In this document: positions 1 to 6,760 of the stretch, one piece after another
Numbering within the stretch: position 1 is the first letter of the stretch
How the letters are laid out: each line of letters opens with the position of its first letter
Assembly: GCA_029269845.2 (NCBI GenBank)
Contig: CP149973.1
Coordinates: 1,650,001 to 1,682,000, forward strand
Reading direction: 5' to 3'
Length of the DNA: 32,000 nt
Origin: Opitutia bacterium KCR 482
GTDB taxonomy: Bacteria > Verrucomicrobiota > Verrucomicrobiia > Opitutales > Intestinicryptomonadaceae
The notes under the pieces: model-generated
The model's input: the letters and a program-made list of their open reading frames with translations, nothing else
Database searches by the model: none
Told to the model about the DNA's origin: nothing
Translations under genes and position numbers: made by a program

Positions 1-66
1 GCGAGGGCAAAGCGCGAGTTCGACTCGTTCCGTCCGCGCAGCATCTCGGTTGCGACGCTCGAAAAT

Positions 67-1374
67 TTGAAGAGCGCGGCGATGTCGGAATCCGCCGACT
101 ATGCGGAGCGGCTCGCATCTCTCAAACGCGCGGTTGTAGGGGCGGCGAACCCGAAGCGGGATTCGGGCGCGTCGGATTCTGAAAGCGCGCCGCCGCTCTC
201 CCGTGCGGAGAGGATTTTCGCAAAGTCGCTCTTCACAAAACGAGGCGTCGAAAACGAAATCCACGCGGCGGTGCTCGCAAAATTCAAGGGCAGGACGGTC
301 GTGCTGTGCACAAAGGAATTCATGCCCGAAAAATTCCCCGTGGTGTTCGCAAACGCGGCGGGAAAAGTGTCGTGCTCGCGCGCGTTCGTTTCGGACGAGC
401 TTCCGCTGCTAATGCTCGTGCCCGATTCCGTGCCGCAGTCGCTCGAAGCCTTGGAGATTGCCGACGACTCCGAAGTCCGCATGGGCGCGGAGCTTCTGGC
501 GGTCGCCCCCGACGGCGGCGGATTCCGCTCTCTGGGAGTTTCGGTGTTTTCGGCGGACGAAAAATACCTCAACCTCACCGCCGACACGAACCCGCGCGTT
601 TCGCATAAAATCGACGTAAAACACGTCGGCAGGGACGCAAAGACTTTCGTTTCGGTCTCGGAAATTTCGGAGGTCGGTGACGACGCCGTGGCGGTTGACG
701 CGAAGACGGGGAAGCTTGTCTCGTTCTCGGTCAGGATATACAATCCGGGGGTGCTGTCGCACCACGGAAAGACGGGGTCAATCATCGGGCACGAAAATTC
801 GCCCATTCCCGACTTCACGACTTTCGTAAGGCAGTTCGACGGCAGCGTGAACAAGACTTTCGTTCCGTTCAGCTCGATACGCTTCGTCCGCATGGGTGCG
901 TTGGAAAAATGGAAGCCGCTCGACATCGCAAAATTCGCCCGCCAGAAAAACGAAATCAGGATTCTTACCGACGAAAACAACGACTTCATGATGTTTTTCA
1001 AAAACAACACATTCGGCGAGGCGTTGCGGTCGCGCAGGCTCGGCACAATCGCGGAGCGGTACAAAAAGCCGTTTCTGCACGACAGGCTCAGCCGCGAGTC
1101 CTACGAACGCTCTTACAGAAACTACATGATTGAAGTTTCGTTCGCGCTCAAACGCGAGCTTCAGCACTACGCCAATCCCGACGCATTCTACTCGATTTAC
1201 AGGCAGGAGCTTCTCTACCAGCTGAAACTCCGCCGCTCGATGTACGAATACCTCGCGGAGGGAGTCAAGGACACGAACATCGTAAACATTCTCCACACGG
1301 ACCTCGCAACCCGATACGACAACTGCGGCGTGAACACCGAGCGCGTCGGCGGTTCCATCGGGGGCGGATATTGA
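67..1374 (+). CDS. Hypothetical protein, paralogue 1 of a three-member tandem family (start uncertain, possibly 5'-truncated by window edge)
   Basis: Longest ORF here with ordinary amino-acid composition; the antisense ORFs are Arg/Pro-rich. Position 67 is a TTG and an ATG follows at 82. The frame has no stop from nt 1 to 66, so the gene may begin upstream of the window. It shares motif blocks with the next two ORFs: EIHAAVLAKFKGRTVVLC, GDDAVAVDAKTGKLVSFSV and YRNYMIEVSFALKR..FYSIY. No known family recognised. Confidence 0.6.
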   Translation: MKSAAMSESADYAERLASLKRAVVGAANPKRDSGASDSESAPPLSRAERIFAKSLFTKRGVENEIHAAVLAKFKGRTVVLCTKEFMPEKFPVVFANAAGKVSCSRAFVSDELPLLMLVPDSVPQSLEALEIADDSEVRMGAELLAVAPDGGGFRSLGVSVFSADEKYLNLTADTNPRVSHKIDVKHVGRDAKTFVSVSEISEVGDDAVAVDAKTGKLVSFSVRIYNPGVLSHHGKTGSIIGHENSPIPDFTTFVRQFDGSVNKTFVPFSSIRFVRMGALEKWKPLDIAKFARQKNEIRILTDENNDFMMFFKNNTFGEALRSRRLGTIAERYKKPFLHDRLSRESYERSYRNYMIEVSFALKRELQHYANPDAFYSIYRQELLYQLKLRRSMYEYLAEGVKDTNIVNILHTDLATRYDNCGVNTERVGGSIGGGY

Positions 1375-1384
1375 GGGCAAATCC

Positions 1385-3337
1385 ATGAAAAATCTGCTGT
1401 TGATTCTTCTGCTCGCCGCAATCGGCGGCTGGTACTGCTACGACAAATACGGAAAAACCGCCGCCCCGCGGGGCGACTCCGCCGAGGTCTCCGACCCGCT
1501 CGCCGCCGAAATCCGCGCCCGCGCAAAAACGCTCTTCCCGACGAGGGAGGGCGACCGAAACGCTTGGATTTCGCGCCAAGTTGCGGCAATGCATGCGCTG
1601 GAATCCCGCGCGGAGGGGCTGTCGAAAAAGGATTTCGACTCAATCATGGACGCCGCCCGCCAACGCTACGGCGCGGACTACGAAAAACGGCTCGAATACG
1701 TTTCAAAGCAGAGAACCGCGGCAATCGACGTTGCGAACATCGAGGCGTCGCTCAAAATTCCGCCCGACGCGCTCGCCGAGCTTTCCGCGCGTTTCAGGGA
1801 GGCGTGCGAAGGCGACTTCTGCGCCATGCGCTCGGCGTATTCGGAGGTGTCTTCCGCGCTTTCGGAAATCGCGCGGAAGTCGGCGTCGCTGCCGGCGTCC
1901 GACGCGAAGAAACTCGCGGCAAAAACCGTTCCGCTGCTGCTGAAAAATCCCGTCCGCGCCGTGGAATTTTTCGACGCGCAGGCTTTGGCGCGGCACAACT
2001 TTCTTTCAAAACAAGTGCCCGAAGCCCTCGCAAACGCAAAGGCGGAAATAGAGCAGTCGCTGCCCGACGACTACGCCGCGCAGCTCGCCGCGCTCGACTC
2101 CAAATTGGACGGGTACATGCGCTCTGGCGGCGGGTTTGCAAGCTTTGCCGCAGACAAAATTTCGAAGCTCGGACGCGACTACTTCGCAAAATACATCTAC
2201 GTTGCCGACATCGCCGGCGAGTCCCACCCCGCGTTTTTCGCGGAGGTTCGCGGCAGGGTGTTCGCGGTGTTCCCGAGCGAATATCTGGCGACGCTTCCGA
2301 AGTCGTTTTCGCTCGACGTCGGCGCGGGCGAAAAATTTTCGTCCGACAAAATCTACCTTTCTAAAACGTCGGCGTTCGCGATTGTCGCGCCGCCCGCGTC
2401 CGCCAACCCAGACCCGATTCCGACGGGCAAAATTTCCTCCGACGACGTCGCGGTGGAAATCGTGGGAATTTCCCGCGCGGGCGCAAAGCTTTCCGTTCCC
2501 GCCCGTCTGAAATACGGCAAAAAAATAGAGGCAAACTCCGAAAACGCTTCGCTGCTTGCCGAAAAAATGCGCTCCGGCGCGTTGGTGGTGGAATCGGAAA
2601 CGGGGAAAGTCGTTGCGCTCTTCGAGGCTGTCCCCGCGCCCGACGCCGCAATCTACGCAAGGTTCGACGACCCCTCGGCGTCGGCTCTCGCAAAAATCGG
2701 CGAGCGCATTCCGCGCTGGCGCGGGCTTGACGAAGTGATGCGGACGGCGCGCGCGCGCATGGTATCCGACGGGCGGCGCGAGTTCGCCGCGGTCGCGCTG
2801 TCGTCGCTCGGCGACGTGTCCGCCTACGTTCCGTCGAAGTATTCCGCCCAACGCGCGAACCTCGAAAAAATCTGCGTCTCCAACTTTTCCGCGCTCCGCT
2901 TCATGCTGATAGGCGGCTACGCCGAAGACGTCGAAACACCGGTTATTTCCGACGTCGCCGAGAAGTACAGGCCGTTTTTCATCACGGGCTCTCGCGTGGG
3001 AACTCCCGCGCTATACTCCAAATTTTCGGCGTATATGAACGACGTCAAAAACGCTCTCGTCCGCAACGCGGCGTTCGCCCGCGGCGGCTTCTACTCCGAA
3101 TACTACTACGATTTTTCCGAAGCCGCAAAGCGGCAGGCGGAGCTTTTCGCAAAGCTCGAAAACGTCATGACCCGCGCCATTGCCGCGCCCGACAAAACCG
3201 CGGTTCTCCACGCCGACTTGGCGAAATGTATTGCGGGTTCGTCGTTCGTGCCGTCGGGGCGCGTGTTTTCGCGTCAGGGTTTTTCCGACGGAGGCGGCGG
3301 AAACGTGTTGAGAATGCGCAATGTAAAAAAGGACTAA
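1385..3337 (+). CDS. Hypothetical membrane-anchored protein, paralogue 2 of the tandem family
   Basis: ATG at 1385 lies 10 nt after the upstream stop and is preceded by GAGGG. The N-terminal hydrophobic segment MKNLLLILLLAAIGGWYCY looks like a signal anchor. Blocks shared with the next ORF: KTLFPTREGDRNAWI vs EKLFPDDRAARKKWI, RLEYVSKQ vs KFEYVRAQ, HPAFFAEVRGRVFAV vs HTAVYCRIRGVDVFAV, and GALVVESETGKVVAL vs GAVLLSADSREVFAL. No known family recognised. Confidence 0.7.
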   Translation: MKNLLLILLLAAIGGWYCYDKYGKTAAPRGDSAEVSDPLAAEIRARAKTLFPTREGDRNAWISRQVAAMHALESRAEGLSKKDFDSIMDAARQRYGADYEKRLEYVSKQRTAAIDVANIEASLKIPPDALAELSARFREACEGDFCAMRSAYSEVSSALSEIARKSASLPASDAKKLAAKTVPLLLKNPVRAVEFFDAQALARHNFLSKQVPEALANAKAEIEQSLPDDYAAQLAALDSKLDGYMRSGGGFASFAADKISKLGRDYFAKYIYVADIAGESHPAFFAEVRGRVFAVFPSEYLATLPKSFSLDVGAGEKFSSDKIYLSKTSAFAIVAPPASANPDPIPTGKISSDDVAVEIVGISRAGAKLSVPARLKYGKKIEANSENASLLAEKMRSGALVVESETGKVVALFEAVPAPDAAIYARFDDPSASALAKIGERIPRWRGLDEVMRTARARMVSDGRREFAAVALSSLGDVSAYVPSKYSAQRANLEKICVSNFSALRFMLIGGYAEDVETPVISDVAEKYRPFFITGSRVGTPALYSKFSAYMNDVKNALVRNAAFARGGFYSEYYYDFSEAAKRQAELFAKLENVMTRAIAAPDKTAVLHADLAKCIAGSSFVPSGRVFSRQGFSDGGGGNVLRMRNVKKD

Positions 3338-3342
3338 ATATC

Positions 3343-5169
3343 ATGAAATATCTTGCAATTCTTCTTGCCGCCGCCGCCGCGGGCGCGTACTTCTATTTCG
3401 GTTCGTCCGACTTCGGCGCGTCGAGCCCCGAGGACGCCGCGCTTGCCGCAAAGGCGGAAAAACTCTTTCCCGACGACCGCGCCGCGCGGAAAAAATGGAT
3501 TGCCGCCGCAAAGGGAGTTTCGGCGCAAATAGCGGCTCTCGCGCCGTCCGCGCCGTCGGCGGATTTCGAAAAAATAAAAATCCGCGCCGATGGAAAGTTC
3601 GACCCTGCGTCTCCCGAAAAATTCGAGTACGTACGCGCCCAGCTCGCCGCCCTTGCGAAAATCGAAAGCGGCGCGTCGGACGACGACGTCCTCGACTCGG
3701 AGTTTGCGCTTGCAAAAAAAACCGCGGAGGAAAAATCGCCCGACGATTTCGTCGCGCAGTCCAAATTGGCGGCGTCCTACTGCGCGATGTTCGCCGACGC
3801 CCGCAGGGCGCGGGAAGGCTGCATGAAGTCCGCAACCGACGGCGCATACGCCGAGTTCATCGCGGCGTTTCCGTCGAACCCGTCGGGCGCGTTTGCGCGT
3901 TTCAAAAAGATTTGCGCCGCTCATGCGGCATTCGAAAACGCGCACGTTCCGCCGTTTCTCGACGGAATCAGGGAGCGTCTGTCGGCGGACGTTTCCGACC
4001 CCGTCGCGCGGGCTTCCGAGCTTTCGGCGGTTTTGGAGAATCCGCGCAGGCACTTGGATTCGCGCCTGTTCGCGTCGGCGCGTCCCGACTGGCGCGACTT
4101 GTCCCGCGCGGGCGAAACGCAGCGCGCCATGCTTGAAAATTCCGTATATACCGCGTCTGTCGGCGGACGCCGGCACACGGCGGTTTACTGCCGCATAAGG
4201 GGCGTCGATGTCTTCGCGGTTTCGGGCGCGTGTTTTTCGCGCGGAGAGGTGAAATTTTCTCGCGGCGGCGAAACGGTTTCGGCGAAGCTTTCGAAAGTCG
4301 GCAAAAACCTGCTTTTCTACGCGCCGATTGCCAAGCCTTCGGGCGCGCCCGCCGCCGTATCGCGGCTCGACTATGTTCCGTCGTCGGCGTTTGCCGTCGG
4401 CGGCAACGCGTTCGGAAAAACGGTCTCCGTCCGCGCCTCTCCCGAAAAAATCTCCGACGGCAAAATCGGCTTCTACCAAAGCGGATTTCAGGATTTGCTT
4501 TGCGACGGCGCGGTGCTTTTGTCGGCGGATTCGCGCGAGGTTTTCGCGCTAGGAATCCGCGGCGGCTGGGCTGAACTGCCCAACCCCGACGCGCCAGACG
4601 CCGAGGACGTCGCCGCCCGCGTGCGCATGTCGAAAAGCGCAATCCCCACTTTGGCAAAGGAGTTTGCGACGGATTTTTCCGCCGCAAACGCCTCCGCCGA
4701 ACCGCTCCGCTATTGCCAGCTGGGCGCGGAGTTCGACCAGTCGCTTGGCTACGACGCCGAAAAGGACGCCGCGTTCGGGCATTGTCTTGCCGTGTTTACG
4801 CGCCAAAACAATGCCGCGTTCGCCGCGCTTTCCGACAACCGCATGGAAACTTTCCTTTCGCCCGACACCGAGCGCGACTTTCCAAAACTTTACGCGTCGG
4901 CAATGCGCTTCAAACGCGCGTTCGGCGACGTCCGCAACGCCGCGCAGCTCCGCGCGAACGCCCGAAATTTCATGCAGCAGGTCTGCTCCGACATGGACTC
5001 GTCGCTCCGCGATTTCCGCGCGCGCGAAATCTTCCCGTTCTACGAAAAGGCGGCGCAGGAGCAAATCGAATTCAGGGAAAAGCTCGTTTCCGCGCTGAAA
5101 ACGGCGCTGAAAAAGTCCCCCGCCGACTCGCTCGTCCCGCGCGACGTCTCCGTGGTGTCGTCGCGCTGA
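3343..5169 (+). CDS. Hypothetical membrane-anchored protein, paralogue 3 of the tandem family
   Basis: I start it at ATG 3343 (MKYLAILLAAAAAGAYFYF, hydrophobic anchor), 5 nt after the upstream stop. The track start at 3226 would overlap the previous gene and adds an Arg-rich extension. Architecture and motif blocks are colinear with ORF 1385..3337. Confidence 0.7.
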   Translation: MKYLAILLAAAAAGAYFYFGSSDFGASSPEDAALAAKAEKLFPDDRAARKKWIAAAKGVSAQIAALAPSAPSADFEKIKIRADGKFDPASPEKFEYVRAQLAALAKIESGASDDDVLDSEFALAKKTAEEKSPDDFVAQSKLAASYCAMFADARRAREGCMKSATDGAYAEFIAAFPSNPSGAFARFKKICAAHAAFENAHVPPFLDGIRERLSADVSDPVARASELSAVLENPRRHLDSRLFASARPDWRDLSRAGETQRAMLENSVYTASVGGRRHTAVYCRIRGVDVFAVSGACFSRGEVKFSRGGETVSAKLSKVGKNLLFYAPIAKPSGAPAAVSRLDYVPSSAFAVGGNAFGKTVSVRASPEKISDGKIGFYQSGFQDLLCDGAVLLSADSREVFALGIRGGWAELPNPDAPDAEDVAARVRMSKSAIPTLAKEFATDFSAANASAEPLRYCQLGAEFDQSLGYDAEKDAAFGHCLAVFTRQNNAAFAALSDNRMETFLSPDTERDFPKLYASAMRFKRAFGDVRNAAQLRANARNFMQQVCSDMDSSLRDFRAREIFPFYEKAAQEQIEFREKLVSALKTALKKSPADSLVPRDVSVVSSR

Positions 5170-5250
5170 CGCGGGAAAAATGGCGTCTTGACAAGCCGCG
5201 CGTTCCTGCTAACTCTTTTAGCTTTACGCAACAAACACGCCGTACAGCTA

Positions 5251-6243
5251 ATGAAACTTTTTTACACTCTCGCCGCAATGACACTCTCGACCTGCGCTTT
5301 TGCGCAGTCGTACCTGCTGACCGTCGAAACTTTCGTCGGAAACAAATTGGAGGACAAAATGTCCTTCTCTCTGCAAGTCGGAGAGCCACAGACAAAGGGC
5401 TTCGACGGCAAGCTTCTGGCGAAACGCTACCGCGCAAAGGGCTTCCCCAACAAGCGTTATGCCGAAATAAAGGCGGCGGCGGCAGACGCAAAAAAAACGG
5501 AGGCGGAGGCTAAAATGACCCCGCGCGAAGTCGTGAAAAACCTCGCCGAAAAAACGCGCGGCGAGCTTGCCGCGGCGGAACGCGCAAGCGAATCGGCGGC
5601 GGTTAAAACGGACTCCCTTTCGGAGAAACTCAAACTTTTGGAGGAGCTTGAAGAGCTTGGCTCGCGCAATTCGCCGTCGTTCGACAGGTCGTACGAGGCT
5701 TTCTGCAAAAAGTACGAGCTGACCCCCGCCGACTTGGAATACAAGAAAATGCTCAAAAAACGCCCCGCCTACACGGGCGACATCGAGGAAATCGACTACG
5801 GCTCGTTCTGCGCGGCAAAAATCACGAAGGCCGCCGACAAGGACGCCCTGCTCAATATCGACTACGCGTACTCGCGCATTAGCTCCAGCTTCTACTCGGA
5901 CGGCACAAACAATTCGAATTCGATAACAAAGCACCCCGTGGTCGAGCGTTTCGAAAAATACGGAATGAAAAACGTGCACCTTGTGGTTGGCAAGCCGTAT
6001 TGCGTGCAGTTCGGCAGACTGTCGGCGGAAAAGGCGCGGTCGCTGTCGGAGGCTCTCTCGAAATCGGGCATTTTCGGCGACGGCGAAAGCGTGGCGGGAG
6101 GAGAACAGGCGGAAGCGGAGGCGGACGAATCGGCGAAGCTCGACGCGCAGGGGCTGTACTCGGAAATCAAGCGCAAATATTCGGGCGAGGGCGGTCGCGT
6201 GCTAAGAGCTGTCTTTACTCTTAAACACGACAAAGGGGCGTGA
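5251..6243 (+). CDS. Hypothetical secreted protein with a charged, helix-rich middle region
   Basis: ATG 5251 gives a signal-peptide-like N-terminus, MKLFYTLAAMTLSTCAFAQ. The middle is Lys/Glu/Ala-rich (AEIKAAAADAKKTEAEAK, LSEKLKLLEELEEL), suggesting coiled coil. Strand-like segments sit at both ends (YLLTVETFVG, VHLVVGKPYCVQFG, RVLRAVFTLK). No family recognised. Confidence 0.65.
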   Translation: MKLFYTLAAMTLSTCAFAQSYLLTVETFVGNKLEDKMSFSLQVGEPQTKGFDGKLLAKRYRAKGFPNKRYAEIKAAAADAKKTEAEAKMTPREVVKNLAEKTRGELAAAERASESAAVKTDSLSEKLKLLEELEELGSRNSPSFDRSYEAFCKKYELTPADLEYKKMLKKRPAYTGDIEEIDYGSFCAAKITKAADKDALLNIDYAYSRISSSFYSDGTNNSNSITKHPVVERFEKYGMKNVHLVVGKPYCVQFGRLSAEKARSLSEALSKSGIFGDGESVAGGEQAEAEADESAKLDAQGLYSEIKRKYSGEGGRVLRAVFTLKHDKGA

Positions 6244-6388
6244 AAACGCCCCTCTAAGAGCGTTTCGCGAGTGTCTCAGACTGCTCGCGTACGAAAGTAC
6301 GCCACGCACACGGGGCGTGAAAGCACCGTTGATGCGGCGTTTCGCGAGTGTCTAAGACTGCTCGCGTACGAAAGTACGCCACGCACCC
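6235..6388 (+). repeat. Two tandem copies of a 77-bp hairpin-rich unit starting at the last two sense codons and stop codon of the upstream gene
   Basis: GGGGCGTGAAA occurs at 6235 and 6312, giving a 77-nt period. A 50-nt core at 6260..6309 and 6337..6386 is identical except for one base (TCTCAGA vs TCTAAGA). Each core contains CGCGAG-N12-CTCGCG and GCGTAC-GAAA-GTACGC (a GNRA-type loop). Unit 1 opens with the hairpin GGGGCG-TGAAAA-CGCCCC, whose loop holds the stop codon TGA at 6241..6243. Confidence 0.9.
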
Positions 6389-6495
6389 TTAGCCGCTCGC
6401 AAAGCCACCGCCTGAACGGCACTTTGACGCCCCTAAAATTACAGCGCGGAGCGCGGAATATTTTTAGAGTGCGTTGGGATAAAAGTTGGGTTTAT

Positions 6496-6542
6496 AAAAA
6501 AGCGGAGAATCCATGTTTTGGGATTTCCGCTTTTTCTTTTTT
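6496..6542 (+). terminator. Rho-independent terminator (A-tract / stem / T-tract, potentially bidirectional)
   Basis: AAAAAAGCGGAGAATCC-ATGTTTTG-GGATTTCCGCT-TTTTCTTTTTT. The stem is 11 bp with one bulged G. A T-rich tail follows and an A-run precedes it. Confidence 0.7.
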
Positions 6543-6595
6543 CGCGCAAAGCGCGTTTATTTAAATTTTTATATCGCATATCCCAATGCTAGTAA

Positions 6596-6740
6596 TTGCC
6601 AACGGCAATACAAACTAATCGGGGAAAGCGGCAAGTATACTTGCCGCGCATAATCACAGAAAGGAGCGAAGCTCCGACGCCGTGCAGGCAGCTTGCCTGC
6701 CGCACCTTGCGCCCTCTAATTGACTTGATTAAACAGAGGG
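6596..6740 (+). promoter_or_regulatory. Hairpin-dense leader upstream of the solute-binding protein gene, including a perfect 20-bp palindrome
   Basis: Consecutive inverted repeats: TTGCC-AAC-GGCAA (6596..6608); GCGGCAAGTATACTTGCCGC (6628..6647, a perfect palindrome); GGAGC-GAA-GCTCC (6663..6675); GCAGGCA-GCT-TGCCTGC (6684..6700); and CCCTCT-N17-AGAGGG (6712..6740), which abuts the G-rich pre-start region. Confidence 0.35.
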
Positions 6741-6760
6741 TGGGGGTAGAGTTGTGGGGT

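Noticed and set aside
3226-3342. Upstream-extended start codons offered by the ORF track (3226, 5188, 6596, 13701, 15771, 19685, 20248, 22062, 26575, 29486)
   Set aside because: Each extension is basic and low-complexity, or overlaps the neighbouring gene or a structured intergenic region. An internal ATG gives a canonical family N-terminus or a signal peptide.
5188-5216. TTGACA (5188..5193) as a sigma-70 -35 box for the secreted-protein gene
   Set aside because: The hexamers at 16-17 nt spacing (TAACTC / AACTCT) are poor -10 matches, and the promoter consensus of this organism is unknown. Not reportable as a feature.
6271-6564. 97-aa ORF (GTG start) in the space after the secreted-protein gene
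   Set aside because: It reads straight through both 77-bp repeat copies and the terminator stem-loop, and has no ribosome-binding site or recognisable protein features. The region is better explained as structured non-coding sequence.
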